A program made the position numbers and the translations under genes. A DNA stretch of 38,902 nucleotides from a virus (lineage: Duplodnaviria; Caudoviricetes): positions 1 to 38,902 of IMG/VR virus record IMGVR_UViG_3300031942_000024. One strand, given 5' to 3'. The notes under the pieces are model-generated. The model was given only the letters and a program-made list of their open reading frames with translations. It made no database searches and was not told the origin of the DNA. Of the stretch, positions 17,734 through 26,253 are shown in pieces (positions within the stretch are counted from its first letter, which is position 1; the number at the start of each line of letters is the position of its first letter).

Positions 17734-18492
17734 ATGCCCGGCGTCAAATGCATCGACATCTCGCACTGGCAAGGCTTCCCGGATTTCGAGGAGGTGCGCG
17801 CCTCCGGCGTACTGGCGATGATCCACAAGGCCAGCGAGGGCACATCCTACATCGATCCGAATTGTACGACCAATTTCGTCGAGGCGACGAACGCCGGCAT
17901 CAGCTGCTGCACGTATCACTGGCTCAGTCCCAGCGATCCCGTGGGTCAGATGAACTTCTATCTGGGCGTCGTGGATCCCGTTCCGGGCGAGCGCATGGTG
18001 ATCGACTACGAGCAGGACGGGTGCTCGCTCGCCGAGCTCCATGACGCCGTCCGCATCCTGAAAGCCGATCCGCGGCAGCTTCAGGTCACCGTGTATTCCG
18101 GACATCTGCTCAAGGAGCAGCTCGGCGCCGATCATGATCAGTATCTCGCGGAAAACACCGACCTCTGGCTGGCGCATTACACCAGCGGAAACCCGACCTG
18201 GAGCCACGGCACCTATGACCATTGGACGCTGTGGCAGTACAGCGACACCGGCACGCTGCCCGGCATCGAGGACGCCCACGTCGACTTCAACGAATTCAAC
18301 GGCAGCGACAAGGAGCTGCTCGACTGGATCCGACCCGCGGGCGCGGCACTGCCGCCATCGGCATCGCTGCCGCTGCCGTCGCTGGAAACGGTCTACATCA
18401 ACGTGCTGGCGCCCGAGCACGTCAAAGTGAAAATGCGGGTCTCGACGCCGGGGCGATCCGCCCGGCGTCCGCAGCGCCGCCAGGATTTGTGA
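17734..18492 (+). CDS. endolysin, glycoside hydrolase family 25 muramidase
   Basis: IDISHWQG, KASEG, YH, IDYE (DxE), LWLAHY, LWQYSDTG and VDFN motifs. Confidence 0.92.
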   Translation: MPGVKCIDISHWQGFPDFEEVRASGVLAMIHKASEGTSYIDPNCTTNFVEATNAGISCCTYHWLSPSDPVGQMNFYLGVVDPVPGERMVIDYEQDGCSLAELHDAVRILKADPRQLQVTVYSGHLLKEQLGADHDQYLAENTDLWLAHYTSGNPTWSHGTYDHWTLWQYSDTGTLPGIEDAHVDFNEFNGSDKELLDWIRPAGAALPPSASLPLPSLETVYINVLAPEHVKVKMRVSTPGRSARRPQRRQDL

Positions 18493-18500
18493 GAAGAACC

Positions 18501-18863
18501 ATGAACGACAAACGCTACCGGGACTGCATGGCCGAGATCGTCGGCATCCTGAAAAAATACGACATGGCCGGCGCCATCACCGTCGTCGACAAGGAGCGCG
18601 CCATGTTCCGCTATCAGTTTCCGACCTGGAGCTGCATCGCGTTCGGCGACGAACAGCTGCGCTTCAAGGCCAAGTTTGAGGACTACCCGAGCGAGGAGGC
18701 GCAGCGCCAAGCGATCGAGCTGTCGATCCACATCATCCTTCAGATGCGCGACATCGCCGCACAGACCCACGGCGTCATGGGAAAGATCACCACGATGCTC
18801 GCGCAAAAATTCGAGATCGAGCACCACAGTTTCGAAGACTTCGACCCGGAGCGGTCGCACTAG
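18501..18863 (+). CDS. hypothetical protein
   Basis: ATG 18501 just after the lysin stop; protein-like composition and phage codon usage. Confidence 0.7.
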   Translation: MNDKRYRDCMAEIVGILKKYDMAGAITVVDKERAMFRYQFPTWSCIAFGDEQLRFKAKFEDYPSEEAQRQAIELSIHIILQMRDIAAQTHGVMGKITTMLAQKFEIEHHSFEDFDPERSH

Positions 18864-18873
18864 GGAGAGCGCC

Positions 18874-19029
18874 ATGCCACCAAAATCAGAAGCCCAGCGC
18901 CGCGCCATGTATGCGGCTGCGGCCGGCAAGAGCACGCTGGGAATTCCGAAGAAAGTCGGCAAGGAGTTTGTCAAGAGCGACAAGCCGGGGAAATTGCCGA
19001 AGCGCAAGGGGTCGTCGGGGAAACGCTGA
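18874..19029 (+). CDS. small basic protein ([16 protein letters not shown]...)
   Basis: GGGAG SD; Lys-rich 51 aa of a type often seen in phages. Confidence 0.7.
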   Translation: MPPKSEAQRRAMYAAAAGKSTLGIPKKVGKEFVKSDKPGKLPKRKGSSGKR

Positions 19030-19037
19030 AGGATGAC

Positions 19038-19253
19038 ATGCAGGCAGGGGACCGCGTGAGGCTGGCGCCGCGGGTCGCGCGCAGCATGATGGTCAAGCGC
19101 AGGCATCACGTCAATTGGCGCAAGCGCGAGGGCACGATCCGGCGGCTGCGGCTACACAGCCCGGACGCCGAGGTGGTTTGGGACGGACGCACCTCGGCCG
19201 AGACCTGGCCGGTGAAGGCCTTGCGGTGCAAGGATGGGCCGATCGCGCTCTAG
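19038..19253 (+). CDS. hypothetical protein, SH3/KOW-like pattern
   Basis: AAGGA SD; GDRVRL...GTI...AEVVWDG pattern. Confidence 0.6.
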   Translation: MQAGDRVRLAPRVARSMMVKRRHHVNWRKREGTIRRLRLHSPDAEVVWDGRTSAETWPVKALRCKDGPIAL

Positions 19254-19513
19254 TCGTGGGACAGCGGCCGGATCCGAATCCGAACCTGATAATCCGACGG
19301 CGTCGGCAGCGGCGCTTGCCGCTCGATACCGTCGGTGCAGCGCGAGACCACCGCCTGGTCGGTCTTGCAGTGCGCCCCGACGCGGTCGGACCAGGTCATT
19401 TCGAACGAACGCGACGCCACCTGGCGCGCCGGCGGCACGTCGCGCCAGGTCAGGAACAGGCCGAGAAAGAACGCATAACCGGCCAGGGCATAGCGAACGA
19501 CCTTGCGCATCAT
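19250..19513 (-). CDS. hypothetical protein with an N-terminal membrane anchor
   Basis: MRKVVRYALAGYAFFLGLFLTW; last gene of a leftward operon. Confidence 0.55.
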   Translation of the reverse strand: MMRKVVRYALAGYAFFLGLFLTWRDVPPARQVASRSFEMTWSDRVGAHCKTDQAVVSRCTDGIERQAPLPTPSDYQVRIRIRPLSHD

Positions 19514-19515
19514 GA

Positions 19516-19827
19516 TCAATCCATCCGCGCGACTTCGAAGCCGGCGACGCCCTTGGTGTAGATCGCGACAAAGCCGTGGCGGTAGATCACGATCAGCTCG
19601 TCGCGCAGCTTCAGCATCGCGATCGGATCCATCGGCGGGTCGCCGGGATATTTGAGCCGCAGATTGTCCCGCACCTCGAACCCTTTCATTGGCCGCCAGC
19701 CGCCGCCATGGGCATAGCGCTCGTCGAACTGTTCGCGCGCCGGGCGCGGGTCGTCTTCGGCCAGCATGCCGGGGATCAGGCCGATCTCGTCCGGGTGCAC
19801 CGTCGGGTGCAGAAGGATCACGCGCAT
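19516..19827 (-). CDS. hypothetical phage protein
   Basis: MRVILLHP...YPGDPP...FEVARMD; TGATG coupling to the upstream gene. Confidence 0.7.
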   Translation of the reverse strand: MRVILLHPTVHPDEIGLIPGMLAEDDPRPAREQFDERYAHGGGWRPMKGFEVRDNLRLKYPGDPPMDPIAMLKLRDELIVIYRHGFVAIYTKGVAGFEVARMD

Positions 19828-20006
19828 CAGTGCACCCTTTCCCCGAGATCCTGCTCGAAGCACCAGGTCAGGATCGTGAGCGTGACCATGCGCGCGGCCT
19901 GGGCGATGTCGATGTCGTCGCCGCGAGCGCACTGCCGCTGCAGCTCGCAATCGAGCGCCTTGGTGGCGGCGGCGAGCAGCCGCGGATCTATTTCGAGCGT
20001 GTACAT
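19827..20006 (-). CDS. hypothetical protein (59 aa, not in the ORF track)
   Basis: MYTLEIDPRLLAAATKALDCEL...ERVH*; GGAG SD; coupled to the downstream gene. Confidence 0.6.
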   Translation of the reverse strand: MYTLEIDPRLLAAATKALDCELQRQCARGDDIDIAQAARMVTLTILTWCFEQDLGERVH

Positions 20007-20170
20007 GCTTTCTCCGTTTCCCGTCGTTGCCAGATTTCGCGGGCCTTCTCGGCCTTCTCGCGGGTCATGATGTTGACCTGCACGATCAGCGGCACGCCTT
20101 CGGTCCAGCGCACGATCTCGTAGGCGCCGGTGCGCCAGTCCTTCCAGATCGCATAGATGTTATCGGTCAT
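19988..20170 (-). CDS. hypothetical protein
   Basis: AAGGAGG SD before ATG 20170; MTDNIYAIWKDW... Confidence 0.65.
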   Translation of the reverse strand: MTDNIYAIWKDWRTGAYEIVRWTEGVPLIVQVNIMTREKAEKAREIWQRRETEKACTRSK

Positions 20171-20345
20171 AGGGCCTCCTTGTCGGCGGCGGCGTAAAGA
20201 ACAGATTGACCAGTCCGGCCAAGACCGCAAAGCAGGCGCCGAGCACAAACAGCACGAACAAACCAAACAACGGTACGCCGCACATCGCAAAAAACAGGAA
20301 GATCATTCCCGCGACGCATAGTAGGAACAAGCTGAAAAGCGGCAT
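20160..20345 (-). CDS. small two-TM membrane protein
   Basis: About 50 consecutive uncharged, mostly hydrophobic residues; low GC; TAATG coupling. Confidence 0.65.
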   Translation of the reverse strand: MPLFSLFLLCVAGMIFLFFAMCGVPLFGLFVLFVLGACFAVLAGLVNLFFTPPPTRRPYDR

Positions 20346-20413
20346 TAGCGTCGTGCCTCATAAAGGACATTCAGGATAAAGATGTAAACGCAGAGCCATA
20401 GAAGCCAGTGCAT
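20345..20413 (-). CDS. 22-aa hydrophobic peptide
   Basis: GGGAG SD, ATG 20413, MHWLLWLCVYIFILNVLYEARR*; the stop overlaps the next ATG. Confidence 0.55.
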   Translation of the reverse strand: MHWLLWLCVYIFILNVLYEARR

Positions 20414-20428
20414 GGAAAAATCTCCCGA

Positions 20429-20541
20429 GGTCAAAATGACCGGATGCCACCATGATCCAAATTAATTTGAAAAGCAAGTGGTCCAGACGATTATCCACAA
20501 GAACGGTTGACATGAAATAAATTTTGCTTAGGTTTCAGGCC
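20429..20541. promoter_or_regulatory. divergent promoter/operator region
   Basis: AT-rich; GGTCAAAATGACC palindrome 20429-20441; TTATCCACA 20491-20499; TTGACA 20507-20512 with TAGGTT 20529-20534 ahead of ATG 20542. Confidence 0.7.
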
Positions 20542-20799
20542 ATGTCACACAGAAAGCGCATCAACTCCACCGAAGGCGTGATCAAATTCCTGGGCGGCGA
20601 GTATGCCGTCGCCAAGGCGTTCGGGATTGACGCCAAGGCGGTGTTTAACTGGAAATACTACAAGATCTTTCCGGCCAACACCTATGTGCCGTTGCGGCAG
20701 CTGCTCGCCGAGCAGGAGCGCTGGGCACCCGACCGGCTGTGGGCGATGAAGAAGCTGGTCAAGAAACGATCGCATGAATACATCAAGGACAAGGACTAG
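20542..20799 (+). CDS. Cro-like HTH transcriptional regulator
   Basis: VIKFLGGEYAVAKAFGIDAKAVFNWK...FP is a Cro/YdaS-type HTH; divergent location. Confidence 0.75.
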   Translation: MSHRKRINSTEGVIKFLGGEYAVAKAFGIDAKAVFNWKYYKIFPANTYVPLRQLLAEQERWAPDRLWAMKKLVKKRSHEYIKDKD

Positions 20800-21172
20800 G
20801 AGCCCCGTTTTGGTGCAGCATCCCCCGCCGGACACCTTCGTGCCGAACGATCCCGACCAGGAGCGCCAGGCCGCCGTGCTGTCCGACATCCGCAAGACCA
20901 TGGACGAGCTGACCGCGCTGCGCCGCGCCCTGGTAAAGATGAAGGGTGACCTCGACCGCGAAACCGACCGCGTCACCATGGTCACGGCCGATCGCGACCA
21001 TTGGCAGGCCGACGCGCTCAAACTGCGCAAGCTGCTGATCGAGCTGGCGACCCAGATGTCAAACATCGGCCTCCTGACCATCAAGGCGCAGGAGATCGTG
21101 CAGACCGTCGGAGGGCTCGACAAGCCCGAGATCGCCGAGGCGAAGACGATACCGCCGGCCAGCGCGCTATGA
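20774..21172 (+). CDS. coiled-coil hypothetical protein
   Basis: Heptad-rich helical sequence; converges on the helicase stop. Confidence 0.65.
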   Translation: MNTSRTRTRSPVLVQHPPPDTFVPNDPDQERQAAVLSDIRKTMDELTALRRALVKMKGDLDRETDRVTMVTADRDHWQADALKLRKLLIELATQMSNIGLLTIKAQEIVQTVGGLDKPEIAEAKTIPPASAL

Positions 21173-21173
21173 T

Positions 21174-22628
21174 CTACCCATCGAGCCCGACCTCCTCGTA
21201 GCCGGCCAAATATCGCTCGAACGCCTGCTGCTCGGTCATCTTGAAATGCACCCGATTCAGCTTGAGCTGGTCGACGGTACCGGCCGCGACGCAGACGCGC
21301 ACGATCACCGGCTGGGTCTGGCCGGAACGGTGCAGCCGCGCGATGGTCTGCTCCCACAGCTCCGGCGACCAGGTCGGCGCCATCCAGGCCATGTCGGCGC
21401 CGCCGGCTTGCAGGTTGAGGCCATGGCCAGCGGCGCGCGGATGCAGCGCCATCAGCGGGTACTCGCCGGCGTTCCAGCGCCTGATGTGTGCGGCCGAGAC
21501 CTTGTCGCCGACGCCGGCGCCCAGATAGGGCAGCTCGCGACCCGCGACCTCGCACATGATGTTGAGATCCTCCAGGTACTCGTAAACCAGCAGCGTCGGC
21601 CGCCCGGCGTGCTCGCGCACCAGATCGGCCAACCAGTCCCGTTTCTCGTCATGCAGCGGGGTCACCCGGCGGCCGGCCGCCGTCTCCTCCTCGTTGGGGT
21701 ACATGAAGCCGTTGGCGATCTGGGCCAGCTTGCCGGTCGCCACCGCGGCATTGGCGGCGATCACCGTCTCGATCTCGTCCTTGCCTTTGCGGATTTGGGC
21801 GAACAGCTTGCGGTGCATCTGATGATAAAGATCCTTGACCGCGTCAGGCAGGTGGATGGTGTCAAGCACCACCGACAGCTCGGGCAGCTGCGGCAGCTCG
21901 TCGGCGTGCAAGGTGACGCAATAGGGCTCGATCTCGGCGTTGATGCGGCCTTCCGCGCCCGGCAGCGCCGTCCAGGAATAGCCCATGTAGTCGGTCTGGT
22001 AGAACCGCTCCTTGCGCCACTGGTAGTAGCTCTTGCCCCACAGCTTGCCGCGGGTCACGATCCGCGCCGGCATGAACAGGTCGAGCGCCGAGTTGGGGCG
22101 CAGGGTGCCGGACAGGCCCCAGATCATCTTCCAGCGGTGCGCGTGCTTGGCCAAAAGCTTAGCGCGCACGCCGGTCGGATCGCGCAGCTTGGAAATTTCG
22201 TCGAGCACCAGCAGATCAAACACCGGATGATCCTCCGGCCAGTCCGCGATCTGCTCCAGCAGCCAGGCGATCAGATCGAGTCCGATCACGCTGATGGTAT
22301 AAGGCCCCTCGCCGATCCGAAGCCGGCGTAAGAATTCGGTCCGATGGTGCGGCGTCCCGGCCAGCCGCAACTCATGCATGGAGAAGAGATGTTCCCATGC
22401 GCCGATCTCGGCCGGCCAGACCTCAGTCGCGACACGCTTCGGCGCCACCACCAAAGCGTGGCGGATCTCGCCGCTCTCCTGCAACTCGGCGATCGCAGTC
22501 AGCGCGGATGCGGTCTTGCCGCCGCCAGGGCGTACCACGCACAGCGCCTCGTCATGCTCATAAAGATGAGTAGTAATTCGTTGTTGATACAACCTTAAAT
22601 CAGATTTTTGTCGCATCGACAAGGCCAT
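21174..22628 (-). CDS. SNF2-family (SF2) helicase
   Basis: PGGGKT Walker A, VVAPKRV, LDEIS, LSGT, GHGLNLQ and QTIARLHRSGQ motifs. Confidence 0.92.
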   Translation of the reverse strand: MALSMRQKSDLRLYQQRITTHLYEHDEALCVVRPGGGKTASALTAIAELQESGEIRHALVVAPKRVATEVWPAEIGAWEHLFSMHELRLAGTPHHRTEFLRRLRIGEGPYTISVIGLDLIAWLLEQIADWPEDHPVFDLLVLDEISKLRDPTGVRAKLLAKHAHRWKMIWGLSGTLRPNSALDLFMPARIVTRGKLWGKSYYQWRKERFYQTDYMGYSWTALPGAEGRINAEIEPYCVTLHADELPQLPELSVVLDTIHLPDAVKDLYHQMHRKLFAQIRKGKDEIETVIAANAAVATGKLAQIANGFMYPNEEETAAGRRVTPLHDEKRDWLADLVREHAGRPTLLVYEYLEDLNIMCEVAGRELPYLGAGVGDKVSAAHIRRWNAGEYPLMALHPRAAGHGLNLQAGGADMAWMAPTWSPELWEQTIARLHRSGQTQPVIVRVCVAAGTVDQLKLNRVHFKMTEQQAFERYLAGYEEVGLDG

Positions 22629-22632
22629 CCCA

Positions 22633-24789
22633 TCAATCCATGATCTTCGTGTAATACGGCGAAATCGTCTCCGCCGATTTCAGCGGCAGGCCGGCCGACC
22701 AGGCAAACCCGCGCTGCATCGCCTCACGCAATGCGATCGCGACCGGCTCCGCGACCTGATCCGGCGCTTCCAGCAGGATCTCGTCGTGGGTATGCAGTCG
22801 CACGTCGTGGCGCTCGTCCTCCAGCCGACGCAGGGTGCCGCGCAGACAGTCGGCCGCCACCGCCTGGACGATATTCTCGGCGGCCATGCCGGGCCAGAAC
22901 TTGACCCGGCCGATGCCGCGCGAGAACCGCCACTGCCGCTCATACTCGCCGGTCGGCTCGTCGTCGTCGTCGAGCACCGCGACGTTCTCCTCCTTGAGCC
23001 GGCGGTAGGCCAGGCAGCGCCCCGACGGCAGCACGCACAACAGCGTGCCGTAGAGATAGTCCGGCAGATAGACGTAGCCGACGCGGCCAACCGGCTGGAA
23101 CTGTCGCGGCCGCTCCAGGGCGCGCAGGATCGCCTCCCACAGCGCCTCCCAGTACCGCACGCACCAGGGGTTGGCGGCGCGCCACTGCGTCACGGTCGCC
23201 GAGGCTTCGGCGTCGGTCAAATGCAGGCCATAGGAGGCCGCCATGGTCTGCAGCGAATAGACGCTGCCGCCGAACCCGAGCGCCAGCTCGGCGACCTTGC
23301 CGCGCTGGCGCATCGCCTTGGTGACGTCCTTAACGTCGACATGCGACAGCGTCGCCGCGGTGCGGGTGTAGAGATCCGGCAGCGACGGATCGGCATCGAC
23401 CTGGCGGAAGATCTCCAGCCGCTCCTCGGCGCCGGCGAGCCAGGGCAGGATCCGGGCCTCGATCTGCGACCAGTCTGACCAGACGAAGACATTGCCGGGC
23501 CGCGGCACGAACGACGGCCGGATCAAGAGCGACAGTTTGCGCGACACCGGCGTGTCGTCGCCGAGCCGAGCAAAGGTGTCATAATTCGCGCCGTTGAGCA
23601 GGTGCTCGATCGCGTCGTGCTCATAGGACAGCACATCGCGCGCCAAATTGTGAATCTGGACGCCGCGCGACGAGGCCCGGCCGGTCTGTCCGGCGCCGTT
23701 AAAGACATACTGACCGTACAGCACGCCGTCGACGTGCTGCTGTGCCATCTTGTTGAACTTGGCCGGCGTCCTGGAGCCGCCGTAGAGCCGGATCTGCAGC
23801 AGCCGCTGCACGCGCAACATTCTTTTGAGCGTATCCGTCCCGGTCTCGACGTCGTCGAGCACGTCCTGGCAATAGGCCAGCAGCCGCTCGACCCGCGGCC
23901 GGGTCAACGAATGCTTCGCCGGCCTGCAGATGGTGCCATCGTCGGACACCTCCTCCTGGCGCCTGGTCAGGATCTTGACGCCGGTCTCGTCGGGGATCTG
24001 CGATCGGAGCCAGCCGACCATGGCGCGAACCTGATTGACCGTCTCGACCTCGCCCCTGGTCAGGGCGAACACATCCCGGTTCGCGCGCTCCCGGTCCTGC
24101 TCGGCCAGGCTTGCGGCCTGGGCGACCATGGAAAGATCGATGCCGATGCCCCGGCTGTTGATGCTCTCCATCGCCCAGTATTCCTTCCACTCGGCGAGCG
24201 GCAGCTGCCGGGTGCAGCGGAAGACGGCGCGCATGGCGTCGATGTCGCGCAAGGCGTAGAGCAGAAACTGTCGCCACTGCGCCGACTGCCGGCGGGGATC
24301 GCCGGCGGCGCCGGGCAGGCAGAACAGCTCCATCAACTTGCGGCCGGTCTCCAGTTTGCGCTCGTCCTCGCGGCCGCAGATCCGCGACGCCTTCATCAGG
24401 TCCGGTGGCAGGCCGGCGGCCGCGCCTTGCGCCATCACGTCGATGATGTGGTGCGGCTCCATGATGCGCGAGCCCGACACCGCATAGTTCCAGATCGCGC
24501 GGTCGAAGCCGGCGTTCCAGGCCGCCCACACCGCCTGGCCGGCCTCGACCCGCGCCTGGTGCGCCTTGAGCTCGTCCGGCAGGTCGGCCCAGGCCAGGCC
24601 GGAATACTTCCACGCAGTACGCGCCGGCTCATCCCCGATCGCATAGGCCAGCACGATCGCGCTGGCGTCGCAGGCGTAGCGGTAGGGGCCCGCCAGTTTC
24701 AGGCTGGTCTCGCTCCTGGTCTCGAAGTCCAGCCAGCCGATCTGCTCGGGCGCAAACGTCGCCCCGAAAGCGCGCTCTCCCTCAAACAT
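22633..24789 (-). CDS. polA: family A DNA polymerase with a 3'-5' exonuclease domain
   Basis: ExoI DFET, ExoII NAGFD, ExoIII YALRD; motif A DWSQIEAR, motif B RQRGKVAELALGFGG, motif C HDE; start placed at ATG 24789 after an AGGA SD. Confidence 0.93.
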   Translation of the reverse strand: MFEGERAFGATFAPEQIGWLDFETRSETSLKLAGPYRYACDASAIVLAYAIGDEPARTAWKYSGLAWADLPDELKAHQARVEAGQAVWAAWNAGFDRAIWNYAVSGSRIMEPHHIIDVMAQGAAAGLPPDLMKASRICGREDERKLETGRKLMELFCLPGAAGDPRRQSAQWRQFLLYALRDIDAMRAVFRCTRQLPLAEWKEYWAMESINSRGIGIDLSMVAQAASLAEQDRERANRDVFALTRGEVETVNQVRAMVGWLRSQIPDETGVKILTRRQEEVSDDGTICRPAKHSLTRPRVERLLAYCQDVLDDVETGTDTLKRMLRVQRLLQIRLYGGSRTPAKFNKMAQQHVDGVLYGQYVFNGAGQTGRASSRGVQIHNLARDVLSYEHDAIEHLLNGANYDTFARLGDDTPVSRKLSLLIRPSFVPRPGNVFVWSDWSQIEARILPWLAGAEERLEIFRQVDADPSLPDLYTRTAATLSHVDVKDVTKAMRQRGKVAELALGFGGSVYSLQTMAASYGLHLTDAEASATVTQWRAANPWCVRYWEALWEAILRALERPRQFQPVGRVGYVYLPDYLYGTLLCVLPSGRCLAYRRLKEENVAVLDDDDEPTGEYERQWRFSRGIGRVKFWPGMAAENIVQAVAADCLRGTLRRLEDERHDVRLHTHDEILLEAPDQVAEPVAIALREAMQRGFAWSAGLPLKSAETISPYYTKIMD

Positions 24790-24823
24790 GCACCATTCCT
24801 GTTTCCTGTTTGAATTTCCGAGC

Positions 24824-24857
24824 CTGGACCCCCCAACGATTTTAACAGGGGGTCCAG
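24824..24857. promoter_or_regulatory. 10-bp perfect inverted repeat upstream of the polymerase RBS
   Basis: CTGGACCCCC (24824-24833) and GGGGGTCCAG (24848-24857), 14-nt loop. Confidence 0.55.
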
Positions 24858-24875
24858 ACTTAATGCGCGGGCCGC

Positions 24876-25640
24876 TCAGGCGCCCGGCCGGCGGCGCTGG
24901 GCGGCGTGGGCCTGGGTGGTCGAACGCGGCGGTACGGGGTCCGCAGGCGGCTTGACGGTCCTGGTCCTGGGCCTGGTCGCCTTGGTGAGGGATTCGGGCA
25001 GCGCCGCCTCGGGCTCGGGCTCGCCGACCAGCCGGCCATTGATGTCGGCCCAACCGACCACCTCCAGCACCGGAGTGTAGATCCGGCCCCATTTGGTGTG
25101 GTTGTAACTGTCGTGGTCGAGCTCCAGCACCGGGAAGGCGTGATGCGGATCCTCGGCGAGCCGGCGCTGGATCTCGGCCAGCAGGCCATCGATCGCCCGC
25201 ATGCCGCCGATCGATCCGCTTTTGTAGAGCACCTCGACGCCCTGGTCGCCGCCGTCGAGCGCCTTCAGTTCGAACGAGCGCTGCTCGGAAAACTCGGTAT
25301 CGGCGATCGGTTGCGGCCGCGGCGGTTTCGGCTCCGACATCGACGCCATGACCTCGCCGCGCAGCTCGTTCTTGGCGTTCGCGCCGGTCTCGACCCAGCA
25401 GCACCAGCCGTGCGACAGGGTCATCAGATTGACCACCCAGCGCGAGCCCTTGTCGACCTCCTCGTCGGAAGGGCCATAGACCCACTCACCGGACTTCAGC
25501 ATTCGCAACAGCAGCTTGCCGCCGCCGGCGATCAGGGTGGTGGATCGCGATTCGGCGATGCCGGCCTGCAGCTTGCCGATGAAATCGGCCGACAGCGCTA
25601 GCTCGTTACCGCCGTTCGTCGTCTTCAGATCCTTCGTCAT
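24876..25640 (-). CDS. putative single-stranded DNA-binding / recombination protein
   Basis: Synteny between the DUF2800-like nuclease and PolA; GEWVYG, HGWCCW and YNHTKWGRIYTP aromatic motifs. Confidence 0.55.
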   Translation of the reverse strand: MTKDLKTTNGGNELALSADFIGKLQAGIAESRSTTLIAGGGKLLLRMLKSGEWVYGPSDEEVDKGSRWVVNLMTLSHGWCCWVETGANAKNELRGEVMASMSEPKPPRPQPIADTEFSEQRSFELKALDGGDQGVEVLYKSGSIGGMRAIDGLLAEIQRRLAEDPHHAFPVLELDHDSYNHTKWGRIYTPVLEVVGWADINGRLVGEPEPEAALPESLTKATRPRTRTVKPPADPVPPRSTTQAHAAQRRRPGA

Positions 25641-25893
25641 GTTCCGTTCTCCTGTCTGCGGTCACCTCTTCGATAAATTCGAACCCGGCCGGTGCCGAGA
25701 ACCGGGGTATGCTATCCATCTCCGCCATCGTCGCCGACGTTATCAGCCGGCCGTGCCTGTCAGTGCGCATGATGATCATCGAGCGCAGCGTCTCCTTCGG
25801 AATCGGCAATTCATGCAGCGTGGTCTTGCCCTCCTGGTAGAACGGCGTCTCGCGCATGTCGTACCAGTACCAGGTCGACGGCTTCAGCTTCAT
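25606..25893 (-). CDS. hypothetical protein
   Basis: ATGA-coupled within the leftward operon. Confidence 0.6.
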   Translation of the reverse strand: MKLKPSTWYWYDMRETPFYQEGKTTLHELPIPKETLRSMIIMRTDRHGRLITSATMAEMDSIPRFSAPAGFEFIEEVTADRRTEHDEGSEDDERR

Positions 25894-26078
25894 CGCAGCC
25901 AGTCCTCCTCATAGCGCTGTCGGTGCTTGCGCGCGATCTCGCCGGGCGGCAGGCCGTCGTGAACATGGCGCAGCCCGAGCAGCTGCGCCGCGATGCGCTC
26001 GGCGCAGGCGCGCGAGATCGGCGCGCCGTCGGCCGCGGCCTGGGCCAGGATGAAATCGATCGCCCGATCAAGCGGCAT
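25890..26078 (-). CDS. hypothetical protein
   Basis: GAGGA SD before ATG 26078; overlaps its neighbours. Confidence 0.5.
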   Translation of the reverse strand: MPLDRAIDFILAQAAADGAPISRACAERIAAQLLGLRHVHDGLPPGEIARKHRQRYEEDWLR

Positions 26079-26253
26079 GGATTTTATCCTCGTCCTCCAT
26101 GCCGGCCAGGTCATCCCGGAATCGATCGTCAAACTGGTCGAGCAGCATGTCGGCCTCCTCGCAGGCGCGGCCGATCAGCTTGTTGCGATCGCCGGCCAGC
26201 GCCGCCGCCGCGGCGAAGCCCCACACCAGGGCCCGCAGATGCAGCTCTTTCAT
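26068..26253 (-). CDS. hypothetical protein
   Basis: ATGA-coupled to the nuclease gene. Confidence 0.55.
   Translation of the reverse strand: MKELHLRALVWGFAAAAALAGDRNKLIGRACEEADMLLDQFDDRFRDDLAGMEDEDKIHAA

Noticed and set aside
24790-25485. 232-aa N-terminal extension of PolA in the ORF track (950 aa)
   Set aside because: It is an Arg/Gly-rich shadow frame of the SSB-like gene; a clear SD and the ExoI motif place the start at 24789.
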